A DNA stretch of 64,000 nt from Scyliorhinus canicula (taxonomy: Eukaryota). The stretch is taken from the NCBI RefSeq assembly GCF_902713615.1, contig NC_052147.1:26276276-26340275 (forward strand), given 5' to 3'. Every line of letters begins with the position of its first letter. Position 1 is the stretch's first letter. The notes below the pieces were generated by a model. The model searched no databases. It saw only the letters and a program-made list of their open reading frames with translations, and was not told the DNA's origin. The translations under genes were made by a program, and so were the position numbers. Shown here in pieces: positions 1-10,868 of the stretch.

Positions 1-288
1 ACAGCCAATATGCTCACGATGAGCTGTATGGCTTCACTCTGCTGTAAAGTTGTATGAACTGCACTCCAATTCTCTGCACCACCCCGCTTCCCCGCAATAC
101 TATATGTCCGGTTGAGATGGGCACATTACTGTGCAATGAGCTCTTGGTCAGTTTGAGCAAATAAAGAATCACTCCGAGCATAAACCGTTTGCACTAAAAG
201 TGACCAGAAGGGGACAATTTCAGTCCCACCATGCGGGCAGCGAGCACCATAACGATGCCACCCCTCTCTCTGATGTGGAGATGCCGGC

Positions 289-517
289 TGATGTACCGTC
301 AATTACCACGAGACGAGAATGGTGAAACAATCGAGGCTTTATTGCACAAGATGTTGTGTCTCCTGCAGCTGGAACCAGAATGGGAGCAGCGCAGGAGAGC
401 ATACACCTTATACATCGCCTACTGGGAGGAGCCAGCAGGCTGGGATTTACTGTGGTACCTGTAATACAGTGGTAGTACCGTAATACATGCAATGTGTTTC
501 CAGTGGTATTTACCACA
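289..517 (-). repeat. 3' LTR (about 229 bp)
   Basis: tgatgtacc...taccaca; similar to 2984-3154; AATAAA on the minus strand at about 338-343. Confidence 0.9.
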
Positions 518-839
518 TTCAACCACTGTTTAAAAAGAAGTCCGGCGGGGGTGAAAAAAACATTATAGATTGAGTCTGTCGGGGGCTCCGACCCTCCACT
601 GCGATCGCATCAGTCGTGGTGGTGGTGTGGGCGCCGATGTGGTCACCTGTGACTCGGGGAGTATGTTGTCCTCTCCTTCATCACCCCTTAGTGGATCCAA
701 TGAGGGGACAGATTCTGCTGGGGTGGGGACTGCGGTGAGGTTCCCTGGTCGGAGGATGGGTGGCGCAGGGGTGAACGAGGAAACCGGGAGGGGGGGACGG
801 GGGGGAGCGGTATCAGGTCAGGGGTTGTGGGTGGGGACC

Positions 840-1620
840 CAGCGGGTGCCAGGTCCTGGAGATAGACTGTGTCCTGTCACCCGTCGGGGTTTGCCACGTA
901 GGCGTACTGTGGGTTTGCATGGAGGAGGTGGACTTTTTCAACCAAGGGATCCGATTTATGGCTCTGCACATGCTTCCAGAGGAGGACGGTTCCAGGAACT
1001 GTCAGCCATGTTGGGAGCGAGACCCCGGAGGTGGACTTCCTAGGGAAGGCAAACACACGTTCGTGAGGGGTCTCATTAGTAGCGGTGTACGGAAGCGGCC
1101 AGATGGAGTGGAGCACGTCGGGGAGGACCTCCTGCCAGCGGGAGACCAGAAGATTTCTAGACCGTAGGTCCAGCAGGACGGCCTTCCAGATCGTCCCGTT
1201 CTCCCTCTCCACCTGCCCAATTCCCCAGAGGTTGTAGCTGGTCGTCCTACTCAAGGCGATGCCCTTGCTGAGAAGGATTTGACGCAGCTCATCACTCATG
1301 AAGGAGGATCCCCGTTCGCTGTGGATGTAGGTGGCGAAAGGGAACCGGGAGTACTCATCAATTACGTTGAGGAAGTATACATTGCGGTCAGTGGAGGGGA
1401 GGGGCCTTTTGAAGTCCATGCTGAGGCGCTCAAAGGGGCGGGAGGCCTTCACTAGGTGCGCTCTATCTGGCCGGTAGAAGTGCGGCTTGCACTCTGCGCA
1501 GACTTGGCAGACTCTGGTTACAATCCTGACCTCCTCAATGAAGTAGGGCAGGTTGCGGGTCTTGATAAAATGGTAGAACCAGGTGATGCCCGGGTGGCGG
1601 AGGTCATTGTGGAGGTGGCA
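840..1620 (-). pseudogene. Gypsy integrase remnant (zinc-binding region plus partly deleted rve core)
   Basis: HNDLRHPG...CQVCAEC upstream of ORF 877-1452 (FERLSMDF...IDEYSRFPFA...GQVERENGT...YTATNETPHE). Confidence 0.88.
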
Positions 1621-1634
1621 TTGAAAATCAAGAC

Positions 1635-2006
1635 CTAGTAACAGGACACACAGAGATATGAGAGGACGTAGAGCCTGAAGTTGCTGTACTCTACGACCTG
1701 AACGGTGAGGGTTGCGACACAGTACCCCCGGATTTGCAAGGAATGGGATCTGGAGGCCAGGGAGATTTTCTGGGTGACGGGGCGTACCGGGAGGGAGCAG
1801 CGCCTTACCTTAGCAGGGTGGATGAAACTCTCTGTGCTCCCAGAGTCAAAGAGGCAGGTCCTCTCGTGCCCATTGATCTTTACCGTCGTCGTAGCGGTCG
1901 CGAGGTTGTGGGGCAGAGACTGATCAAGGGTGATGGAGGCGAGCTGCGGAAGATGTTGCGAGGTCCCGGGCTGATCAGCGGTGGCGGAGGTATCAGCGGG
2001 CCGCAA
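1635..2006 (-). pseudogene. Retroviral-type aspartyl protease remnant
   Basis: VKINGHERTCLFDSGSTESFI catalytic motif. Confidence 0.88.
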
Positions 2007-2959
2007 ACGGCCAGATGAGCAGGGGTCCTGGGGGCACAGTCCAAAATGGCGTCGAAGATGGCGGAGCCCACTGGGCGCACATAGTGGGTGGCATCAAAGA
2101 TGGCAGCACCCACGGGCCGCACGTGGCTTGTGGTGGGGAATATGGCTGCGCCCCTGGATCACACGTGGGGTGTGTAGCAATGCCAGGCCTGGAAACAGCG
2201 GCGACCGACCGGACCTGACAAACGGAAACAAAATGGCCCTTCTTCCCGCACCCATTGCAGGTCGTGTTCCGCACCAGGCAGTGCTGCCTGGGATGTTTGC
2301 TCTGGCCACAAAAATAACATTTGGGCCTTCCGGAGTTGGCTGGCTGCCGCACAGTGCAGGCTTACGGTGTACTCGAGTCGGCAGCTGGTGGGGCCCACGA
2401 TGCCCACGAGGGTGCCGCGCGGTCGGAGGTGTAGGCCTCCAGATTACGGGAGGCCATTTCTAGGGAATTAGCAAGCTGCCTAGTCTCTGCAAGATCGAGC
2501 ATACCCCCTTCCAATAGTCGCTGGCGAACATACGTAGACATAATGCCCATGACATAAGCGTCTCTGATTAGCAGTTCGGTGTGTTGGACCGCTGAAACTG
2601 CCTGGCAGCCACAGTTCCTACCGAGAATCTGTAGAGCCCGCAAGAAATCATCCAGCATCTCCCCGGAGTTGCCGTCTCGTGGCCAGGAGGTGCCTGGTGT
2701 ACACTTGATTCACCGACTTAATATAGTGTCCCTTTAGTCGCGTCATCGTTTCTGTGTAGGTGGGCGCATCACGGATGAGGGGAAAAACTTGAGGGCTCAC
2801 CCGTGAGTAGAGGACTTGGAGCTTCTGTGGGTCCGAGAGTACTTCAGTGGCTGCTCTGAGGTAACCTTCAAAGCAGGCTAGCCAGTGCTCGATGGTGGAT
2901 GTGGCATTGGCTGTGTGAGGACTCAGCTCCAGGAGGTCAGGCTTGATTAAGATGTTCAT
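1993..2959 (-). pseudogene. Gypsy gag, frameshifted, with two zinc knuckles
   Basis: ORFs 2648-2959, 2362-2658 and 1993-2352; motifs CYFCGQSKHPRQHC and CNGCGKKGHFVSVC. Confidence 0.88.
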
Positions 2960-2983
2960 CTTTTAAAATCTTGTGCAATAAAT

Positions 2984-3154
2984 TGATGTACCATCAATTA
3001 CCATGAGACGAGAATGGTGAAACAATCGAGGCTTTATTGCGCAAGATGTTGTGCCTCCTGCAGTTGGAACCAGAATGGGAGCAGCGCAGGAGAGCATACA
3101 CTTTTATACTTCGCCTGCTGGGAGGAGCCAGCAGGCTGGGATTTACTGTGGTAC
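2984..3154 (-). repeat. 5' LTR, missing about 60 bp of U3
   Basis: Matches 289-458, then similarity stops. TATAAAA on the minus strand at about 3102-3108 and AATAAA at about 3033-3038. Confidence 0.88.
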
Positions 3155-4270
3155 TGAGGAGGTTAAGGGGAACGCACTCGCTGTCACCAGTTTGCTTTTG
3201 CCCGAGCAATTACATTTGCATTCTCTGAGTTTCGTACTGGAGAGCGTTTCCACGCACGCGACTTCTTTCGGGTGGGGAAGGTGCGGCGAGAGTTGCATAT
3301 TGCAGCCTCTTCGATGCAAATAATCTGAGCCTGGAGTGCGCTCTGAAATGTGCGGCCGTTTAGTTCATCGGAAAGCACACGGGAGCCTTTCGTGAGGTGC
3401 AATTAATTCACGCAAGAAAATCTATTTCGTTGCCTCGATAAGAATTGAGCCTCTGGCTTCCAGCTGCTGTGAGCATAAGAGCCATATTTCCTCGATTAGG
3501 CACAAGGGGGCTCCGTGCATAAATACAGCCCATCTTCATTTTTGCTGCGCTATGTGAGAGCTCACACCCCATAACGCTGCAACAATTCAGCAACGTTACA
3601 ATATATGCCTTGCATTCCCCCCCCCCCCCCCCCCATCACCTCCGATCACATTTTGTTTTATAGAATGAGGCATTCCCCGCCCCCCCCCCCCCCCCCTAAA
3701 AAAAACCTTTTAAAACTAATTTTGCTGACATACAGGGTACATCCATCATTTTTACCTCAGTGACCAGGGACAAACTCGAGGGCGAAGCACCAGCAACAAC
3801 ATTATCACCGTCCAGCACCCCCTGGGGGAAGAGATTGCAGCCTCGGAATCCCGCGCGCGTTGGGGCATCAAGTTTATTTTTTTGATCAGGTAAATATTGC
3901 CGTCAGGGTTTTCCAGGACCCATCAACAATTGATCGATTGTTGTTTCAAAGAGCCAGAGGGGCGGGGGTGAAGGCATCATCTTAACTCGTTTATCTTTTC
4001 AGACTTGCGAATTTGGTTAGATTGCGAAGGAAATTCGGAAGGCTTAACACTACGCGCGAAGGTTGAGGTGGCCACTGTTATGACCTGCGGGGGAGGCTGG
4101 GGTGGCATTGCGGGCACCGCTGGTCATTGTATGTCGTGGAGCCATCGGTTATGAAGGATCAATGATCTTTCATGGAATTACTGCAAGTTTCATTGATCGA
4201 CGATCAGCAGTCGATCACAGTGATCAGCATGGAGTGGAAAGTGAAAGGATATTTTTAAGATTGCGTGTCT
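3155..4270. promoter_or_regulatory. CpG-island-like unique sequence with octamer motifs
   Basis: About 26 CpG counted by eye in 3155-3600 at roughly 50% GC, against strongly depleted background. ATTTGCAT near 3214 and ATGCAAAT near 3314. Confidence 0.5.
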
Positions 4271-4306
4271 GTCTGAGATCATTTACCATTTATTTGGCTC
4301 TTATAA

Positions 4307-4604
4307 CAATAATATTTATTAGGCTTACATTAACACTGCAATGAAGTTGCTGCAAAAATCTCCTAGTCGCCACACTCTGGCACCTGTTCGGGTACACAGA
4401 GGGAGAATTCAGTATGTCCCATTCACTGAACAAGCACGTCTTTCAGGACTTGTGGGAGGAAACCGGAGCACCCGGAGGAAACCCACGCAGACACGGGGAG
4501 AACGTGCAGATTCCCCACAGACAGTGACCCAAGCGGGAATCGAACCTGGGACCCTGGCGCTGTGAAGCAACAGTGCTACAGTGCACTGTTCTACTGTGCC
4601 GTCC
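4307..4604 (-). mobile_element. V-SINE with tail type B (...gtggcgactagg...aacttcattgcagtgttaatgtaagcc)
   Basis: tRNA-like head with B box GGTTCGATTCC, V-domain gggtttcctccgggtgctccggtttcctcccac, distinct tail. Confidence 0.88.
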
Positions 4605-4759
4605 AACTGCTGTGTGCCATTATATTCTACCAGCTAGTTAGCATGTGTATAACATTAGAATACCCGCTTCTTTTGGTAATTGGAGGCCAGTTTTCCTTTT
4701 GAAACACTTTCTCCCCAGTTTCTCCCCAAGTTGAAAGGATTGACCCAGCAATTGCAGGC

Positions 4760-6287
4760 CAACTTCAGTGGTGGGCAAGCGACCAGAAACAATTATCTAG
4801 GATAGAATTACTAGCCACATGGAAAAAATGTGGGTTGATTGAAAAAAGCCAGCATGGGCACCTTGTTTTAAAAAATACTTTATTAAAGATTTCATCGCTA
4901 ACATAGACGGTCCAAACCACAGCCCAACTCTGAAAATGGTTCAAACATGGTTACATTTACCATGCTAATAACTCAAAAGATCAGAGAAAAAGGAAAGCAA
5001 GCAACAGCATGGATTTCTAAAAGGGAAATCATGTTGAACTAACTTGCTGGAGGTTTTTGAGGAGGTAGCAGAAAGGGTCAATGAAGGTAATGTTGTTGAT
5101 GTGTATGTGGACCTTCAGTGCCACACAACAGACTTGTGAGAGAAGTCATAGCTTGTGCAATAAAAGGGACAGTAGCAATGTGGATAAAAAGTGGCTGAAT
5201 AATACAAGGCAGAGAGTAACGGTCAATGGATATTTTTTGGGCTGTTCAAAGATTTGTAGTGGTGTTGCCCAGGATTCGGTATTGGGACTGTTGCTTTTCC
5301 CCCCATTATATCCCATTCGCCAGATATTAATGATCTGGATCTTGATGTGCAGGGGACAATTTCAAAGTTTGAGGATGACACAAAACTTGAAAGTTTTGAA
5401 AATTGTGAAGAGGACAGTGTGGAGCTTCATATGACATAGACAAGTTGGTGGAGTGGGCAAATATATGGCAGACAAAGTTCAACATGGAGAAATGTGAGGT
5501 GATGCATTTTGGTAAGAAGAACATGGAGAGACAAAACAAAATAAAGGGAAAAATTCATAAGAGTGTGCATGAGCAGAGGGACCTGGGTATATATGTGTGT
5601 AGATCATTGAAGGTGTCAGGGCAGGAGGACAGAGCAGTTAATAAAACATACAGTATATTGGGCTTTATTAATGGGGGTATAGAGTACAAAAGAAAGGAGG
5701 TCATGCCGATTTTATACAAGTCACTAGTTTGACCTCGGCTGGAATATTGTGTACAGCTCTGGGCGTCACAATAGGAAGGATGTGAATGCATTAGAGAGAG
5801 TGCAGAAGAGGTTGACAAGAATGGTTTCAGAGATGAGAAATTTCAGTTGAGGATGGATTAGAGTGGTTGGGATTGTTCTCCTTGGAGAGACAAAGGCTAA
5901 ACGGAGATCTGATAGGGATATTCAAAATCATAAGGGCGCGGGACAGAGTAGATAGAGAGAAACTGTTCTCTCTCACAAAAGGATCAAGAGCAAGAGGACA
6001 CAGATTTAACGTGATTTTCAAAAGAAGCAAATGTCTTGTGAGAAAAAGCTTTTTCACACAATAAGCGGTTTGGAACTGGAATGCACTGCCTGGAATTGTG
6101 GTGGTGGCAGGTTCAATCGAGGCATTCAGGATGGCACTGGATGATTACTTGAATAGAAAGAATGTGCAGAGGTATGGGGAAAAGGCAGGGGAATGACACT
6201 AAGTAATCATGCTCATTTGGAGAGCTGATATAGACACAATGGGCCAAATGGCCTTCTGCATCATAACAATTCTGTGATTCTGTGATT
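4760..6287 (+). mobile_element. CR1-clade LINE 3' fragment (degenerate RT), interrupted at 4858-5004
   Basis: SGVAQDSVLG, WANIWQTKFNMEKCEVMHFG and LFSLERQRLNGDLI motifs; (attctgtg)n tail. Confidence 0.9.
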
Positions 6288-7054
6288 TTCTCCCTGCTGG
6301 CTACCCGATACTACACATACTTATCCAGCTGAAAAAGCAGGAAAACCCCTGCTGTAAATATTTCCGTGACTGTAATCAATGTACTTCCTTGACGGGCTTG
6401 TATGAGGAGGCCCAACTCTAGGTGGGAAAGGCAGACAATGGACCTATTTACATTGAGCAGCTGAGTAGTGAGGGACTTCCTCAGCTCTGTGGAGTGACAG
6501 AAGGAGGCCTGTTCCTTGTTTATTCAGCAGGATCAACAAATTTATCAGCCTTTGTCAAAAAAAAGTCCAAAAGCTATAAATCACTCCTCTATATTTTTAC
6601 GATTGAAATAGCTTTTGCGTTCAACTGACACTGGCACACCATGGAAAATGCTCACTAAAATAATTCTCTATTTATATTAAAGCACATCCAAAGTCAGCAG
6701 CAGTAATCTAAGTGTGAGGGCATTCAGCCCCTTGCGTGATGGTTCCCCCCCTTTGCACTGGACGCACAACCAGCAGCAAATGCCAATGCAAAGGCCACCA
6801 CCATGTCATTGCTACAACGTATAGATGTTTCCTCAATAAGTCATGCACATGGACAATGCTGCCACCAACCCGTCTTCAGAATGCAAATGGAGTGCAATCA
6901 GATTATTAGGTGCCTCATTGTATTGAGTGAATCTTCATCTGGACTTCCTGCTTTGGTATTTGTCATTGTCATGCATTTTGTTATGATCAAGTGAGTAGGG
7001 GGTCAAATTACTTCCCTCTTTTCCTTCTTGTTTGATCATAACCAGTTTTGTTTG

Positions 7055-8250
7055 AACACATAAACAAACAAATTAGGAGTATGAGTAGGCCACTGGTCTC
7101 TCAAGCCTGCTCCGCCAGTCAGTGACCTCAACTCCACATTCCCACCTACACCTTCCACCTGCTTGCTAATAAAGAATCTATCTCGCTCCGCCTCAAAAAT
7201 ATTCAAAGACTCTGCTTCCACCACCTTTTCAGTAAGAGACTGGCAAAGACTCATGACCCTCAGAGAGAAAAAAACCCTCTAATCTCTGTCTTAAATGAAC
7301 GACCCTTGATTTTTAAACAGTGGCCCCTAGCTCTTTTACAAGAGGAAACATCCTTTCCACACCCACCCTGTCAAGGCCCCTCATGATTTTCTACATTTCA
7401 GTGCCTCTAACTCTTCTAACCTCCAACGGACTCAAACCTTGCCTGTCCAAACCTTCTTGATCAGACAACCTGCCCATTCCTGGTATCAGCTCAATAAACC
7501 TTCTCCGAACATCTTCCAATCTATTTACATCCGTCTTAATAAGGACACCAATGCTGTATTCCAGGTGTAGTCTCACTAATGCCATGTAAAACGGAAGCAT
7601 AGCTTCCCTACTTTTGTATTCAATTCCATCGCAATAAACGGTAACATTCTTTTAGCTTCCCTAATTACTTGCTGTACCTGCATATTTGCATTTTGTGCTT
7701 CATGCACTAAGACACCTAGATCTCGTTGCATCTCAGAGCTCTGAAATCTCTCACCATTTAGATAATATTCCATTTTATCTTTCTTGTCAAAATGGACAAT
7801 TTCACATTTCCCTACATTATATCCCACTTGCCAGATATTTCCACCCTCACCTAACCTATCTATATCCATTTGCAGCCTGCTTGTGGCCTCTTCACAACTT
7901 ATTTACTTACCTACATTTGTGCCATCCGCAAATTTAGCAACCACACCTTTGGTTCCTTCATTCAACTCATTGATATAAATTGTAATGATCCCTATGGTAT
8001 ATCACTCATTGGATCTTCCCAACTAGAAAATGATCTATTTATGCCAACTCTCTGTTTCCTATCGATGCCAATATATTACCCCATCATGAGATTCCATTTG
8101 CTACAATGATCTTTGCATTGGACCTTTCAAATGCCTTCTGTAAATCTATATACATCACATCCACCAGTTTTCTTTTATCTACTGCGTAATAGTTGCTTCT
8201 TCAAAGAACCCCAATAAATTGGTGAAACATGATTTCCCTTCCACAAAACA
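7055..8250 (-). mobile_element. CR1-clade LINE 3' fragment
   Basis: WQVGYNVGKCEIVHF and YMALVRLHLEY motifs; CR1-type 3' UTR. Confidence 0.88.
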
Positions 8251-8299
8251 GATAAATAGATATACTTGTCAATTCTGTGAGTGTTTAACTGTTTAAGTG

Positions 8300-9220
8300 C
8301 TGTGACCACAAAATACATCACCGGATACACTTTCCTTAGTGTTTAAAAAAGAAAAGAGGATAGTTTTATTGTGCTTAATCTGGTCAAGCTAAAGTAATAA
8401 AAATGCATCAACTTTCACATGAATGCACACTCAAAGTTTTCACATGCACAAACATACCCAAATAGATTGCAGAGTATAGGTGGATAGATTAAGAGACAAG
8501 TCAAATTAAAGGGACACATTGGCTCTTGAAGATTGGTGGCTCAGCTGGCTTCAGGCTGAACTCAGTAATCCTACTACTTTCAGAATCAAGATGCTTTAAA
8601 TTTGGAGAAAAATGGATGGTTTGTCTGTTCTTCTGGAGACAACAGCACTGGGTGAAGTTCCTCTGACAAGTCTCTGTATGTGACAACTAGATCGCTAATA
8701 ATAATAAAAATTAGCAGATAGGATTCAACTTGCAAGTTGGATGGAGAGAGAGAAAAACGCAAGCGTGAAAGAGAGAGACTAAGGAAAGGAAGCAACCTAT
8801 TGATGGTGTTGCCCCTTTAGTCTCTTCACTGCTTGTTCTGTTCTGCACAGAAAACAGGTGGTTAAACACAAAAAGTGCAGGCTTGTCATGTGATCTTTTC
8901 GCTCCAACTGTCCAGACTCAAATATGGTCACGGCTAGTGTATTCCAGTGGCCGTAATTAGATCATGGCTTGGGATCCCTCTCTCCAATTGTTCCATTGTC
9001 CAAGTGACCATGTCTAATGGCCTGTCCCTGTCCAGTTGAGTACCCAGGTGATTTTATGGACTCTTTGCTAATGGGATCGGAAACGGTCCAAATTCTTCTC
9101 TTTCAAGACCACTGTTCTGTTGTTGCTGTGCAGCCAGGATGTCTAAATTTCAATAGTTTTAGAATACAGAAGGTACAGTGATGGAAATGTGCAGCCATCT
9201 TTGACTGTGATCCCGATCCA
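8300..9220. repeat. Possible solo LTR or non-autonomous repeat
   Basis: Starts with TGTG, has an early TTTATT (minus-strand polyA signal) and LTR-like composition; no partner copy in the window. Confidence 0.25.
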
Positions 9221-10868
9221 CCGGAACGCAGTTTCAGTATCGTCCGAAAAAGAAAACCAATTCGGGGTTTCCAGCCAGCAAATTCAAAAATGATGTTTTT
9301 AATATAAAGCATGGGGTTTGACGATAATATTACAGTATACATAATATTTTTTATAATCATGAAAGCTCTGATTGGGTGGGCCAAAATTTTACTGCCCGCT
9401 TGATTTTCAGAAGGGGCCAGAAAGTCAATGTTTTGAAAATCCGAGCACCGCATGCAACTTACTTTGTGAGCTTTTGTTGACGAATAGTAGAGTTTGGTCT
9501 TTCCATTGTGTTCTGAATTACATTTCACAACCAATTTGCGGTCTTCATGCAAAATTGGATGGATTTGGGGAATTCAATCTTCCAAACACATGCAGCACAT
9601 ATGGGTGTAATCTGCTGCAGCTGTAAGTCAGAGGCACTGACAACTGTCTTCAAGCTATGTATATTTTAAATGATGCTCTCTGGTCTGAACTCAGTTCCAA
9701 TCCATAGCATGGTCAAGTAGAAGATGTTTCACAATATGAAACCAGCCAAATATATGTTTTGTAGTGACTTGAGGGTTTGCTGCAGCATTCCCTCTAATCT
9801 TTCTGCATTGTGCATGGCCAGTTTTCATGCACTGCATGCTACCTCCATGCACTATTTTCAGTTTGATTCTGACTGTTGGTTGAAATTCATGCCATGGACT
9901 CAGATGTTATTTGCTTTTTAGACCATACCCATATTTAGGATGCACATGAATTGCTTGACCTCTGCAAATGTTCAAGCACTATACTGATGGGGGTAAACAC
10001 TGAAATGACGGATAACGAATGATACAGACAGTCATGCTTCAATGTGATGGAATTTTCAATCCTAATTATTAAATGTGGGATTTGAAAAGGCTCTTTCCGA
10101 GAAAGCAGCTTTGGAACCAGTACGTGTCTGTGGTAAGAAATGGTCACAAATGTTAATCAAAAAAGCTGGGTTTTTCAAAGCACGCAAAGATGACCATGAT
10201 CATGATTGTTATAAGATGTAAGTAGGAACACAGTAGACAGGTCAAAACTGAAGCAGTCAGTTGAAATAAACTACAGACAAGACTGGCGAATCATTGCACA
10301 GAGTGATGATGACTCCACCTCCTCCCCTGAAGCTACCGAATCTGGTAAGTAGCAGAATAATTCTCCTGTCATCTCCAATCATACTTATATAATCTAATTG
10401 TAGAGACCATAACATGTACTTGCATATGCATGCCAACAAGATGCAGTGAAGTCTCTTAAATCCTGAAGAATATTTTCTTGTGTACTTCATCATTTGTTAT
10501 TTTCTAAGAAATCTATTTAAGAGCAGATATCGGCCTTCATGGAATGCTGCTAGGCTGGATCCTAGAGTTGGCACGAGCCTAACGTCGTCGTGGTAACAAA
10601 GCATTTTTAAAAAAAATAATTTTTATTGGCGTTTTTGGAAAAATATATATCAACAAAACAATAATAACAATAATAATAATAAACACCCCCCGGCACCCGT
10701 AACAATGCATATAACAAACCCCCCCACCCCCCCCCCCCCACCCCAATAAACAACAGAATAAATTAACAATAAGCAAATTAACTTAAACACTATCCCCCTA
10801 AACACCCCCCCCCCCCCCCCGCCTTTCCGCACTCCCCTCCGGGTTGCTGCTGCTGCTGACCTAGTACC

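Larger units (their letters stand above)
289..3154 (-). mobile_element. Ty3/Gypsy LTR retrotransposon, internally deleted (gag, protease, integrase; RT/RNase H missing), 5' LTR truncated
   Basis: Direct repeats at 289-517 and 2984-3154; the left copy reads TG...CA and is preceded on the minus strand by a degenerate purine tract (518-540). Internal ORFs encode gag, CCHC knuckles, DSG protease and rve integrase. Confidence 0.93.

Noticed and set aside
2984-2993. TGGTACATCA as a tRNA primer-binding site
   Set aside because: The equivalent sequence (cggtacatca) ends the 3' LTR as well, so it lies inside the LTR.
3616-3705. Long poly-C/poly-G runs here and throughout the window
   Set aside because: They are recurrent homopolymers in and between repeats whose lengths are error-prone in assemblies; not treated as a specific system.
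9103-9626. 149-aa ORF and splice-like signals on both strands
   Set aside because: The putative minus-strand exon 9462-9622 has stops in all three frames, and no protein is recognisable.
10278-10344. Possible plus-strand exons with AG/GT ends (also about 21183-21299, 35114-35152, 62354-62470)
   Set aside because: The translations resemble nothing I recognise and do not chain into a gene model; RNA-seq is needed.
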